From Verrucomicrobiota bacterium (lineage in GTDB: Bacteria > Verrucomicrobiota > Verrucomicrobiia > Limisphaerales > J093): a stretch of DNA of 64,000 nucleotides. The notes beneath the pieces were generated by a model. That model was not told where the DNA came from and did no database searches. It saw only the letters and a program-made list of their open reading frames with translations. This document shows positions 7,011-18,421 of this stretch, piece after piece (the first letter of the stretch is position 1; each line of letters begins with the position of its first letter). The DNA lies in assembly GCA_022710935.1 (NCBI GenBank), contig JAKLFY010000027.1, positions 1,279 to 65,278 on the forward strand, in the 5' to 3' direction. Both the position numbers and the translations under genes were made by a program.

Positions 7011-7108
7011 GCCGCGTGGGGGCACGCGGCCTACACCAGGAGTCTCGATCCGTTGTAGGCCCGGTGCCCTCACCGGGCGACAGAGCACCGACAACAATCC
7101 GATGCACC
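7011..7108. repeat. REP-like pair (reversed GTAG-hairpin, then forward 'A' module)
   Basis: GCCGCGTG-GGGG-CACGCGGC+CTAC (7011-7034), a 20-nt spacer, then GTAG (7055-7058)+GCCCGGTG-CCCT-CACCGGGC with tail GACAGAGCACCGACAACAATCCGATGCACCG. The modules are the same as at 2788-3029 and 24254-24425. Confidence 0.85.
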
Positions 7109-7214
7109 GCCGTGCGCCAAAAGTAACTGTTACCCGGGCGGGCACCGAATTGCGCGCGGTTTCTCCGTTGACGATTCGCGGCGCGCACCCCAATTTCTGC
7201 CCGTTTGCGTCAGG

Positions 7215-9386
7215 ATGAAGACGACAGTCCTCTTTGTTTGCACAGGCAACGTTTGCCGCAGCCCGATGGCGGAAGGCCTCTTCCGCCATCAGACGCGTCA
7301 TGGCGGCAAATACGAGGTCCTGTCGGCGGGGGTGGGGGCCATCGACGGCCAGCCTCCGAGCGCGCATGCGATCGAGGTCATGCGCGAACTTAAGATTGAC
7401 ATTTCGGGGCAGCGGAGCCGGGCGCTGACGGCCGAGTTGGCGCAGCGGGCGGATTACATATTCGTGATGACTCACGGGCATCTGGATACCGTGACCCTGC
7501 TCCACCCGCATGCGGCGGAGAAGACCTTCCTGTTGCGGGAATTCGACGAGACGCTTGCGGTGTACGAGAAGGACATTCCGGATCCGATTGGCGAGGGTCT
7601 TCCCGTCTACCGCGACTGCCGGGATCAGATCGAGCAGGGGCTGCATTCCCTGCTGGCTTTCATTGAACAAACAGCGGGAGGCGGCGAAACCCCTCCCATT
7701 TCACACCGTCCTATGACCATCACTGTCGGCGCCGACCACGCGGGGTATGCCCTGAAAGAACTTCTCAAACAGCACCTGGCCCTCCACGGCTACGAGGTCA
7801 ACGACGTCGGCGCGCATTCGGCGGAATCGACCGATTATCCGGACTACGCGCAGGCGGTGGCCAGGCAGGTGGTTTCCGGGCAATCGACCTTCGGTTTGTT
7901 GGTGTGCGCGTCGGGGGTGGGAATGAGCATTGCGGCCAACAAGGTGCCGGGGATCCGCGCCGCGGTGGCGCGGGACGATGTGATGGCCGCCCTGGTGCGG
8001 CAGCACAACGACGCCAATGTTCTCTGCCTGGGCGCCCGTTTCGTCAACGAGGAGCAGGCGCGGCGGATCCTGACGGCGTTCTTGGGCGCGGAATTCGAGG
8101 GGGGACGCCATCAGCGCCGGGTGAGCAAGCTCGAAGCGGGCGAGTCGGGCGCCCCGCGTGTGGCCCGGCAGGATCCGGCGGTTCACGCGGCGATTCGGCG
8201 TGAAGTGCAGCGTCAGCAGGAGAACATCGAGCTGATCGCCAGCGAGAACTTCGCCAGCCCGGCTGTGCTCGAGGCCCAGGGATCGGTGATGACCAACAAG
8301 TACGCCGAGGGATACCCCAGGAAGCGCTGGTATGGCGGATGCGAGAACGTGGATGTCGTCGAGCAGTTGGCCATCGATCGCGCCAAGGAGCTCTTCGGCG
8401 CCGAGCACGCGAACGTGCAGCCTCACTCGGGCAGCGGGGCGAACATGGCGGTCTACTTCGCCTTTCTCAAGCCGGGCGACAAGATGCTGACGATGGATCT
8501 GAGTCACGGAGGGCATCTCACCCACGGCAATCGAGCCAACTTCTCGGGTCGCTTCTTCGAGATCGTCCACTACGGTGTCGGCAAGAACGACGAGCGGATC
8601 GATTACGATCAACTGGCCGGGCTCGCTCGAGAACACCGTCCCAGGATGATCACGGTCGGCGCCAGCGCTTATCCCCGGACGATCGATTTCGCCCGGATGG
8701 GCGAGATTGCGCGCGAGGTGGGCGCGCTCCTGCTGGCGGACATTGCGCACATTGCGGGACTGGTTGCGACCGGACTGCATCCGAGCCCCGTGCCGCACGC
8801 GGATTTCGTGACGACCACCACGCACAAGACGATGCGGGGGCCGCGCGGCGGGCTGATCCTGTGCCGGGGCCAGTACGCCAAGGAGATCGATTCGCAGGTG
8901 TTTCCGGGCATTCAGGGCGGCCCCTTGATGCACGTGATTGCCGCCAAGGCCGTCTGCCTGCACGAGGCGTCGCAGCCCGAGTTCAAGGCGTACCAGGAGC
9001 GCGTGGTCCGCAACGCCGCCGCACTGGCGGCTGGTCTGCGGCGCAACGGATTTCGGCTGGTGAGCGGCGGCACCGACAACCACCTGGCGTTGATCGATGT
9101 GGGCGCGCGCGGGATGACCGGCAAGGAGTGCCAGATGGCTCTCGATGAAGCCGGCATCACCGTCAACAAGAACACAATCCCGTTCGAGACCCGGTCCCCC
9201 TTCCAGGCCAGCGGCATCCGGGTGGGCTCGCCTGCGGTCACGACGCGCGGGATGGCCGAAGCCGAAATGGCCGCGATCGCCGATATGATCAGCGAGGTGC
9301 TGATGGACATCAAAAACCTTGACGTCGCCCACCAAGTGCGTGATCGTGTCCGCGAATTGACCGCGAAATTCCCCTTGCCGTACTAG
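7215..9386 (+). CDS. glyA: Single-ORF fusion: low-molecular-weight protein phosphatase + ribose-5-phosphate isomerase B + serine hydroxymethyltransferase
   Basis: 723 aa with no internal stop.
- aa 1-~160: LMW-PTP ([17 protein letters not shown] = C-X5-R-S P-loop; DIPDP).
- aa ~167-312: RpiB ([12 protein letters not shown]...[23 protein letters not shown]...).
- aa ~318-723: SHMT ([31 protein letters not shown]...; PLP-lysine motif [14 protein letters not shown]). Confidence 0.85.
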   Translation: MKTTVLFVCTGNVCRSPMAEGLFRHQTRHGGKYEVLSAGVGAIDGQPPSAHAIEVMRELKIDISGQRSRALTAELAQRADYIFVMTHGHLDTVTLLHPHAAEKTFLLREFDETLAVYEKDIPDPIGEGLPVYRDCRDQIEQGLHSLLAFIEQTAGGGETPPISHRPMTITVGADHAGYALKELLKQHLALHGYEVNDVGAHSAESTDYPDYAQAVARQVVSGQSTFGLLVCASGVGMSIAANKVPGIRAAVARDDVMAALVRQHNDANVLCLGARFVNEEQARRILTAFLGAEFEGGRHQRRVSKLEAGESGAPRVARQDPAVHAAIRREVQRQQENIELIASENFASPAVLEAQGSVMTNKYAEGYPRKRWYGGCENVDVVEQLAIDRAKELFGAEHANVQPHSGSGANMAVYFAFLKPGDKMLTMDLSHGGHLTHGNRANFSGRFFEIVHYGVGKNDERIDYDQLAGLAREHRPRMITVGASAYPRTIDFARMGEIAREVGALLLADIAHIAGLVATGLHPSPVPHADFVTTTTHKTMRGPRGGLILCRGQYAKEIDSQVFPGIQGGPLMHVIAAKAVCLHEASQPEFKAYQERVVRNAAALAAGLRRNGFRLVSGGTDNHLALIDVGARGMTGKECQMALDEAGITVNKNTIPFETRSPFQASGIRVGSPAVTTRGMAEAEMAAIADMISEVLMDIKNLDVAHQVRDRVRELTAKFPLPY

Positions 9387-9550
9387 AATTCACCGGAACT
9401 CAGGCGGCAAAGGCTGGTCAAACCGTATTTACCCTCAGCTCGAAACGCTGGGACCGCCCTCTCCGGAAGGGCGGCACGTTCTCCCCGTTGACGGTGAAGA
9501 TCCGGGTTCACGATCAATGGACTGTCAACACATTGCCAACTGATTAGATT

Positions 9551-11101
<1,551 letters not shown>

Positions 11102-11391
11102 CCGTCGCTTTTCGAGGATGGTCTTGCGTGCGTTCCCATTCCCAAGCGGGGCCGAAGCACCCTCCCCCCGACGCGGGACTTCGCCACGCCCGTCGCGCGC
11201 GAACACGCGGAGCGTTTGGAGTGCGGTGCTTCAGCACCGCTTTGGGCGGGCAGTGTTCGAGGACAGTCATCGAAAAGCGCCGCTCAAGCGGACGCACTCT
11301 CCCGCAATGCGGGACTCCGCGACCTCGACGCCGAACTGAGCATTGGCGACTGCCACAACAAACTCCGGCCCAAAGACTTAGACAACCACGA

Positions 11392-11417
11392 CAGCGCTGC
11401 TCCCAGGAGCAGCGCTG
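11392..11417 (+). terminator. Perfect 12-bp inverted repeat CAGCGCTGCTCC-CA-GGAGCAGCGCTG followed by GAGATTTCATT (possible terminator or attenuator)
   Basis: Read directly from the sequence. It lies in the 377-bp spacer between rho and the next gene. The U-tract is weak, so the role is uncertain. Confidence 0.3.
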
Positions 11418-11519
11418 GAGATTTCATTAGGTTGACGCGTATGCGCGGCCGCGGGAGAGTCCCTCCGACATCGGTTCATGATCCCGATCCGCATTAACCC
11501 GTTGAATGTCAAGACTGCC

Positions 11520-14264
11520 ATGAACTCCAGACACTCAGGATCCAGTCTCCTCTCACCGCGATGGGGCGGCGTGCGCGCGGCCTTATCCCTCGCAGCGCTT
11601 CTTCTCGCCTCCGGCTCGATGTGCAGCGGCGCGGACGCGGCTGCGCCGGCCGGCAGACTCGAGAGCCGCGCGCTCGAGTTCCGTTTGGCGCCCTCCGGCG
11701 CCTACGAGATCCTCGATCGTCGCGGTCAGGTCACCTGGCGGTCGAATCCGGTCCGCGACCGGTTTGGAACCGTGACGTGCACGGCCAACGGCGAGCGGCG
11801 GACGGTCGATCTCACGCAGCCGGAGGTCATTCGGGCCGGATCGACCCTGCGCGCCGTGTTTCGCCCGGTGCCGGATCAGACCGAGGCGACTCTGACGGTT
11901 TCCGTCTCCCTGGTGGATGGCGGATCGGGGCTCGGTTTCAGTTACTCGGCCGACCCGCGGGTTGGCGTCGAGAGCGTGCGGTTGCTCGATGACGCGTTTG
12001 GGGTCAGCGCGCACGAGGGCGGCCACGTGCTCGTTCCGGTGCGCGAGGGTCTTCTGATTCCGTCCGACACCGGGCTGGCGTTCACGCAGACCTTTGACAC
12101 CTACGCGTATGAAGGGTGCCATCTCACGATGCTGGGCGTGGGCAAGCGCGGGGCAATGGTCCTGGTGGATTGGGCGGATCCGTACGTGGCGGCCGAGGTG
12201 AAGAGCGTGCTGCCGGGCGAGAATCCCGCCCTGAACACCCAGACGCTCTTTCCATCCCTTGTCCTGCGGCAGAGCGCCCAATCGTTCCGTGTCCGATTTC
12301 TTGGCGCGGCCGATCACGTGGCGCTGGCCAGGGCCTATCAGCAGGTCGCCCGGGAGCGCGGCTGGGTCGTGCCCTGGGCGGAGAAGCTCAAGCGGCATCC
12401 GGAACGCGCGCGCCTCTTCGGCGCCATCAACTTCAAGCTGTGGAGCGCGTTGGACCGGCAGATGGACGAAGCCAGCACGCGGGAGGAGCGGTCGCACGTG
12501 AACTGGACCTTTGCCGAGGCGGGCGCGGTGGCCGCCCATCTCAAGCAGGATCTCGAGCTCGAGCGGGTGCTTTTCCTCATGGGCGGCTGGATCCATCGCG
12601 GCTATGACAACCAGCACCCGGACATTCTGCCCGCCGCCCCGGAATGCGGCGGGAATGACGGGCTGTCCGAATGCGCCCGGCGTGTCCGGGAGCTTGGCTA
12701 CCTGTTCGGCCTGCACGACAACTACCAGGACATGTACCGCGACGCGCCTTCGTGGAACGAGGACTACCTGATGCGAAACGCCGACGGGACAATCGTCCGG
12801 GGCGGGCATTGGGCGGGCGGACGCGCCTACCTGACCTGCTCGCAAAAGGCGGTCGAGCTGGCCCGGCGGGATCAGAATCTGCCCGCGGTCAGGCGCCTGA
12901 CCGGCGCCGACGTGTACTTCATCGACACCACCTATGCGGCCGGTCTGTTCGAGTGCCACGATCCGAGGCATCCGTTGAAGCGCGGCGACGATCTTCGGTG
13001 GAAACAGGAGATCTCGGATTACGCGCGCGGACTCTTCGGCATTTTCGGCAGCGAATGCGGGCGCGAGTGGGCTTTGCCGCACAGCGATTTCTTCGAAGGC
13101 CTGACGGGTGTCAGCGGCGGGTATTATCACAACGCTGATCTGCTCAAGAAGACCGGCGGGCGCGTCGTTCCGCTGTTCGAGCTTGTCTACCGCGACGGAA
13201 TCGCCCTGTACGGCAAATACGGCTACGACATCGGGCGTGCCGGGGAGTACGTGCTCCATCACGTGGTGATTGGGCGCCCGCTCCATCACCACAACGTGCC
13301 TCCGCACCTTTACTGGCAGAACTGGAGTCCGCCCGCCAACGAACTGGCCGTCGAGCCGTGCCGCCCGGAACTCGAAGAACTCGAGGAAATCGAGCCGCGC
13401 GCGGTGCGTCTCAGTTACCAGTGGATCGTGCGCGAGACGCCCAAGCGCGATTGGCGGGTCTTTGTCCACTTCACCGATTCCGACGGCAAGCAGTACCAGG
13501 AAAACGACCACGCGCCGCGGGTGCCGACCTCGAAATGGCTGCCTGGGCGGATCGAGTCCGCCGCGTTCACGATCCGGCTTTCCGAGCAGTTGCGCGGCTC
13601 GCTCGATGTGAGGGTCGGGCTGTGGGATCCGGCCACGGGCGAGCGCGCCCGGTTGCACGGGAGCCACGACGGCTCGCACCGGTACGGGGTTGGGCGGCTT
13701 TGGCTGGGCGAGAAGCGCATCGAGTTGCTGCCGCCGGTCCATCGGGCCTCCGACGCCGATGCGGAGGCCTTCGTGCGCGGCGACAACGGGTGGACGGCCG
13801 GCCTGCATCCGTTCGACCGGTTCGTCAAAAACACGTACGAGATCCTCTCTCCGCTCAACGAGCTGACCTCGCGCGCCCCGATGACCGGTCACGCCTTTCT
13901 CACGCAAGACGGCCTGGTGCAGCGCAGCGTGTTCGGACAGGGCCGCACCGCGGTGACGGCGATCGCCAATTTCGGCGCCGACGAGTTCGCCGCCGAGTCG
14001 GAGCTGGGGGGCAAGGTGCGGCTGCCCCGTTACGGGTTCCTGGTCGAGTCGCGCGACTTCGTGGCATTCCACGCCCTGAGTTGGAATGGGATCGACTACG
14101 ACGGGCCGGTCCTGTTCACAATGCGGAGCGAATCCGGGCGTCCGCTGGCCAGGGCGTCGGGCGTCCGCGTTTACCACGGCTTTGGCGACTCGCGCCTGCG
14201 GTGGCGCGACACACTCTTCGAGGTTGAAAAGGAGCGCGTGGTCGGTAACCTAGGCCGCGACTAG
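11520..14264 (+). CDS. Secreted hypothetical protein, possibly glycoside-hydrolase-like
   Basis: The track ORF is 11478-14264. The ATG at 11520 gives a signal-peptide-like start (MNSRHSGSSLLSPRWGGVRAALSLAALLLASGSMCSG). Non-shadow amino-acid composition, with blocks such as IDTTYAAGLFECHDPRHP and FGSECGREWALPHSDFFEG. I cannot name the family with confidence. Confidence 0.6.
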   Translation: MNSRHSGSSLLSPRWGGVRAALSLAALLLASGSMCSGADAAAPAGRLESRALEFRLAPSGAYEILDRRGQVTWRSNPVRDRFGTVTCTANGERRTVDLTQPEVIRAGSTLRAVFRPVPDQTEATLTVSVSLVDGGSGLGFSYSADPRVGVESVRLLDDAFGVSAHEGGHVLVPVREGLLIPSDTGLAFTQTFDTYAYEGCHLTMLGVGKRGAMVLVDWADPYVAAEVKSVLPGENPALNTQTLFPSLVLRQSAQSFRVRFLGAADHVALARAYQQVARERGWVVPWAEKLKRHPERARLFGAINFKLWSALDRQMDEASTREERSHVNWTFAEAGAVAAHLKQDLELERVLFLMGGWIHRGYDNQHPDILPAAPECGGNDGLSECARRVRELGYLFGLHDNYQDMYRDAPSWNEDYLMRNADGTIVRGGHWAGGRAYLTCSQKAVELARRDQNLPAVRRLTGADVYFIDTTYAAGLFECHDPRHPLKRGDDLRWKQEISDYARGLFGIFGSECGREWALPHSDFFEGLTGVSGGYYHNADLLKKTGGRVVPLFELVYRDGIALYGKYGYDIGRAGEYVLHHVVIGRPLHHHNVPPHLYWQNWSPPANELAVEPCRPELEELEEIEPRAVRLSYQWIVRETPKRDWRVFVHFTDSDGKQYQENDHAPRVPTSKWLPGRIESAAFTIRLSEQLRGSLDVRVGLWDPATGERARLHGSHDGSHRYGVGRLWLGEKRIELLPPVHRASDADAEAFVRGDNGWTAGLHPFDRFVKNTYEILSPLNELTSRAPMTGHAFLTQDGLVQRSVFGQGRTAVTAIANFGADEFAAESELGGKVRLPRYGFLVESRDFVAFHALSWNGIDYDGPVLFTMRSESGRPLARASGVRVYHGFGDSRLRWRDTLFEVEKERVVGNLGRD

Positions 14265-14270
14265 ATTGTT

Positions 14271-15014
14271 ATGCGCGCACATTCGTTCGCCTGGTGGCCT
14301 GCTCTCGTGTATGCGGGTCTTTGTTGGATGTCTCCAACGCCGATCGCCGCCGAGCAGGTCCGGCTTCTCGTTGTCCACGGCGGACACGAGTTCGAGACCA
14401 ACCAGTTTCTCCAGGTTTTTCGAGACAACACGAATGTGACATTCGATGTGGTCCAGCACCCGGCGGCGCACGCCCGCTGGCAGGCCGAGCCGGCGAAAGA
14501 GTGGGATGTGCTTGTCCTGTACGACTTCTGGCAGGAGATCGCCGACGAGGCCAAGGCCGACCTCGTCGCCCGGCTCAAGGAAGGCAAGGGCCTGGTCGTC
14601 CTGCACCATGCCCTGGCCAATTACCAGAAGTGGCCTGAGTATGAACGGATCGTCGGCGGCAAGTACTACCTCGAGAAGCAGACCGTCAACAACGTCGAGA
14701 AGCCCCAGTCCACTTACAAACACGACGTCGAGTTCACGGTGCGGATTGCCAACAACCAGCATCCGGTGACCCAGGGACTGACGAACTTCGTGATCCACGA
14801 CGAGGTGTACGGGGGCTTCGATGTCAGCTCGCAGACGCACGCCCTGCTCACCACCGAGGAGCCGGCCAGCGGCAAGACCATCGCCTGGGCCAAAACCTAC
14901 GAGGCGGCGCGGGTCGTTTACATCCAATTGGGACACGACCACCTTGCGTACGAGAACCCGAGTTTCCGCCGGCTGGTCGCCAACGCCATCCGGTGGGTCG
15001 CCAAACGGGACTGA
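14271..15014 (+). CDS. ThuA-domain protein (trehalose-utilisation-like, GATase1-fold)
   Basis: Signal-like N-terminus, then VRLLVVHGGHEFE...WDVLVLYDFW...GKGLVVLHHAL...HPVTQGL..FVIHDEVY...YIQLGHD. This is the typical ThuA pattern. Confidence 0.8.
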   Translation: MRAHSFAWWPALVYAGLCWMSPTPIAAEQVRLLVVHGGHEFETNQFLQVFRDNTNVTFDVVQHPAAHARWQAEPAKEWDVLVLYDFWQEIADEAKADLVARLKEGKGLVVLHHALANYQKWPEYERIVGGKYYLEKQTVNNVEKPQSTYKHDVEFTVRIANNQHPVTQGLTNFVIHDEVYGGFDVSSQTHALLTTEEPASGKTIAWAKTYEAARVVYIQLGHDHLAYENPSFRRLVANAIRWVAKRD

Positions 15015-15017
15015 CGC

Positions 15018-15797
15018 ATGGATCCGGAGCCGGTTTCCCCCGCGTTCGTCAAGGTCATCGCCTGCGAGATCGCTTTTCGCGAAATCTGCCACGTCGCCGC
15101 CCGCACGCCGAACGTGGTCGACCTCGAGTTTCTGACGCAGGGGCTGCATGACACGCCCGCGGCCGGCTGCGCCGAACTCCAGCGTCGAATCGATGCCGTC
15201 CCGGACGGCAAGTACGACGCCATCCTCATCGGCTACGGCCTCTGCAGCAGCATCCTCAACGGTCTCCGCGCCGGGCCGACGCCGCTCGTCATCCCGCGCG
15301 CCCACGATTGCATCACATTCTTCCTGGGATCGAAGGAACGTTACCAGCAGTGTTTCACCGAACGCCCCGGGACCTACTACTACACCTCCGGCTGGCTCGA
15401 ATGCCGCAAGCGGCGCGGCAATACGGTCCAGGCGGGTTTCGGCGGCTTCATGCCCGCCGGGACCGCCGCCGCCCGGCAAAAGGACTTCGACGTGTGGGCG
15501 AAGAAGTACGGCGAGGAACAGGCGCGGTACCTGATGGACGTCATGGCCGGGTGGGCGGCCCACTACACGCACGGCGTGCTGATCGACTTCGACTTCACCC
15601 GGCCCCTCGCGCTCGAGTCGCAGGTGCGGCAGGTGTGCGACGAGCGCGGCTGGCAGTTCGAGGCGTTGCCCGGCGATCTCCGCCTTCTCGAACGCTGGCT
15701 CAACGGCCCGTGGACGGACTCGGAGTTCCTCGTCGTTCCGCCTGGACGCCAGGTCGTGCCCTGCGCCGACGACCGAATCATCACCCTCGCCCCGTGA
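15018..15797 (+). CDS. DUF1638-domain protein
   Basis: YDAILIGYGLCSSILNGL...PLVIPRAHDCITFFLGSKERY matches the DUF1638 hallmark (YGLC...HDCI..LLGS). It starts 4 nt after the ThuA stop. Confidence 0.7.
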   Translation: MDPEPVSPAFVKVIACEIAFREICHVAARTPNVVDLEFLTQGLHDTPAAGCAELQRRIDAVPDGKYDAILIGYGLCSSILNGLRAGPTPLVIPRAHDCITFFLGSKERYQQCFTERPGTYYYTSGWLECRKRRGNTVQAGFGGFMPAGTAAARQKDFDVWAKKYGEEQARYLMDVMAGWAAHYTHGVLIDFDFTRPLALESQVRQVCDERGWQFEALPGDLRLLERWLNGPWTDSEFLVVPPGRQVVPCADDRIITLAP

Positions 15798-15850
15798 GCG
15801 GCCGGTTTTGAGGTTGAAAGGGGGGGCGCTCCGCCCTCATAAGGGCCGGC

Positions 15851-16861
15851 GTGAAGTGCTTTGTCACCGGCGCGTCCGGGTTCATCGGCGCGAATCTGGC
15901 GCATGAATTGGCGGCCCAGGGCCATGCCCTGCGGCTGCTGCTGCGTCCGGGCGCCGATCTGCGCGGACTCGAACGGATCGCGTACGAGCGGATCGAGGGC
16001 GACCTGCTCGATCGGGCGGCGCTCGAGCAGGGCTTGCGCGGCTGTGACTGGTGCTTCCACGTGGCGGCGCGCTATGCGCTCTGGCTCCCTGACTATCGCC
16101 CGCTGTTTGCCGCAAATGTCGAGGGGACGCGCAACGTGCTCGATGCGGCAGGCCGGGCCGGTTGTTCCCGCATCGTCTACACCAGCACGGTGGGCTGTAT
16201 CGGACTCCCCCGAGCGCTCGCTGGGAGCCTGGTCCCGAGCGACGAGACCGCCCAGGCCACCCGCGCCCAGATGTCCAATCCGTACAAGCAATCCAAGTGG
16301 GAGGCCGAGGCCGTCGCGCGCGACCTGGCGGCGCAGGGCCTGCCGATCGTGATCGTGAACCCGAGCGCCCCGGTCGGCCCGCGCGACGTCAAGCCGACCC
16401 CCACTGGCCAGGTGATTGTCGATTTCCTCAACGGACGCATGCCGGCCTATCTCGATACCGGGCTCAACTGGGTTCATGTGCGCGACGTGGCTCGAGGCCA
16501 CGTGCTCGCCGCCGAGAAGGGACGGATCGGCGAACGCTATATCCTCGGCCATGCCGACGGGAACTGGACAATGAAGCAGGCCCTCGACACGTTGGCCGAG
16601 ATCACCGGGCGGCCCGCGCCGCGTTGGCGAATCCCGTACGGGTTGGCGGCGGCATTCGCCCACCTCGATGAACTCAAGTCGCGGGTGACCGGCAGTCCGC
16701 CGCGCGCCCCTCTGGCCGGGGTGCGCATGGCGCGGTACAAGATGTTCTTCAATCCGGCCAAGGCCGTCCGCGAGTTGGGAATGCCTCAAACACCGCCGAC
16801 TCAGGCCCTGTCGGACGCAGTCGAGTGGTTCGAGCGGAACGGGTATGTCAATGCTGCCTGA
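15851..16861 (+). CDS. NAD-dependent epimerase/dehydratase family SDR (HpnA / dihydroflavonol-reductase-like)
   Basis: GTG start. Rossmann motif VTGASGFIGANL. Extended-SDR pattern ...VYTSTVGCIG...NPYKQSKWEAE (YxxxK). Confidence 0.85.
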   Translation: MKCFVTGASGFIGANLAHELAAQGHALRLLLRPGADLRGLERIAYERIEGDLLDRAALEQGLRGCDWCFHVAARYALWLPDYRPLFAANVEGTRNVLDAAGRAGCSRIVYTSTVGCIGLPRALAGSLVPSDETAQATRAQMSNPYKQSKWEAEAVARDLAAQGLPIVIVNPSAPVGPRDVKPTPTGQVIVDFLNGRMPAYLDTGLNWVHVRDVARGHVLAAEKGRIGERYILGHADGNWTMKQALDTLAEITGRPAPRWRIPYGLAAAFAHLDELKSRVTGSPPRAPLAGVRMARYKMFFNPAKAVRELGMPQTPPTQALSDAVEWFERNGYVNAA

Positions 16862-17000
16862 GATTCGTGTCATTCGAGCGATTCGTGGTTTCTGCCTGTT
16901 GGCTCGTGGAACCGAAGGAGGCCAAAGCCGTTTTTTCCCGCCAACTTTTCGCGAGTAAGGGCTTTTCGAGCGCGGGCGCCCTTGTTAGGGTGCCGTCCAT

Positions 17001-18380
17001 ATGGCACTGCACGAACCATCTGTCTCGACCTCCATGAGCACTTCCCCCTCCTCGAAGCCCTGCGCCGCCCCCGGCCCGGCGGGCCTGACACGCCGCCAGT
17101 TCGTCAGGCGGGCCGCCATCGCGGGCGGCGTGTTCGCGGCTCCCCTGGTCATCCCGTCGTCGGCGCTCGGGCGGGACGGCGCGGTGCCGCCGAGCGAGCG
17201 CATCATTCTGGGTGGCATCGGGATTGGGGGGCGCGGTTCGGGCGTTCTCAACTGGATGCTGCCCGAGCCCGATGTGCAGTTCGTGGCGGTCTGCGACCCG
17301 CAGAAGCAGCGGCGGGAGGCGACCAAGCGGATGGCGGACAACAAGTATGGGAACACGGACTGCAAGGTGTACTCGAATCTGCGCGAGTTTCTTGCCGAGC
17401 GGACGGACATTGACGCGGTGCTGAGCACCACGGGCGATCGCTGGCACGCGCTGGCCGCCGTCTGGGCCATGCGGTCGGGCAAGGACATCTACTCGGAAAA
17501 GCCCTCCTCGATGACGATTGCGGAGGGGCAGGCCGTGGTCGAGACCGCGCGCCGTTACGGACGGGTTTATCAGACCGGCACCCAGCGTCTGAGCGAGGCG
17601 AACTTCGTCTTTGCGATCGAGTTGGCGCGCAGCGGGCGTCTGGGCAAGGTGCACACGACCTACGCCCACATCGCGCCCTGGGATGCGGCGGAGATGCGTC
17701 ACGACTGGCTGCCCGGGCAGCCGGAGCCGCCCAAGGACGAAGTGGACTGGGATCAATGGCTGGGTCCGTGTCCGTGGCGCCCGTACAATCCCGAGTACAC
17801 CCGGGGCGGGTGGCGCGGGCACTACGATTTCCACACCAGTTGCATCGGCGAATGGGGCGCCCACACCTTCGTGCAGGCCCAGGCCGGAATCGACATGCTC
17901 GACACCTCGCCGGTCGAATACGAGTACGTCAACAACGTCTCCGGCGACGGCATGGTCACCCACTTTGCCAACGGCGTGAAGCTGGTCCTGTCGCGCGGCG
18001 ACACGTACTGGCATGGCTCGTGCGGGATGCGCTTTGACGGGCCGGAAGGGTGGGTGTCGGTCGCCGACGGGTACTCGCGGCCCGAGGTGTCGCATCCGAG
18101 CCTGCTCGCCGATTTCAACAAGGTCGTGCAGGACTACATGGCGCGGACGCAGCGGCCGATGAGCCACGTGCGCGACTTCTTCAATTGCGTCAAGTCGCGG
18201 CGGCTGACCGTGGCGCACCCGGTGGTGATGCACCGGGGCATGTCGACCGTGCACGCCGCCAACATCTGCATGTGGCTCAAACGCAACATGAAGTTCGATC
18301 CTGTCAAGGAGGAGTTCATCGGGGATGCGGAAGCGAACCGGTTGCGCTCGCGGGCCATGCGCGCGCCCTACACTGTCTGA
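17001..18380 (+). CDS. Gfo/Idh/MocA family oxidoreductase with Tat signal
   Basis: Twin-arginine motif LTRRQFVRRAAIAGG. Rossmann motif ILGGIGIGGRG...VAVCD. The start could alternatively be the ATG at 17034. Confidence 0.9.
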   Translation: MALHEPSVSTSMSTSPSSKPCAAPGPAGLTRRQFVRRAAIAGGVFAAPLVIPSSALGRDGAVPPSERIILGGIGIGGRGSGVLNWMLPEPDVQFVAVCDPQKQRREATKRMADNKYGNTDCKVYSNLREFLAERTDIDAVLSTTGDRWHALAAVWAMRSGKDIYSEKPSSMTIAEGQAVVETARRYGRVYQTGTQRLSEANFVFAIELARSGRLGKVHTTYAHIAPWDAAEMRHDWLPGQPEPPKDEVDWDQWLGPCPWRPYNPEYTRGGWRGHYDFHTSCIGEWGAHTFVQAQAGIDMLDTSPVEYEYVNNVSGDGMVTHFANGVKLVLSRGDTYWHGSCGMRFDGPEGWVSVADGYSRPEVSHPSLLADFNKVVQDYMARTQRPMSHVRDFFNCVKSRRLTVAHPVVMHRGMSTVHAANICMWLKRNMKFDPVKEEFIGDAEANRLRSRAMRAPYTV

Positions 18381-18421
18381 ATCTCTCTGACCATCTGAAG
18401 CGACACGAAAGACACACGATT

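Noticed and set aside
6531-7670. 379-aa minus-strand ORF spanning the esterase 5' end, the REP cluster and the start of the fusion gene
   Set aside because: It crosses an intergenic repeat cluster and is antisense to two well-supported genes. It has shadow composition.
11583-14177. 864-aa minus-strand ORF
   Set aside because: It is a shadow of the 11520-14264 plus-strand gene. The composition is dominated by R, G, P and A (…RRPGQRTPGFAPHCEQDRPVVVDP…), there is no signal or domain pattern, and the plus-strand frame has normal protein-like composition and a signal peptide.
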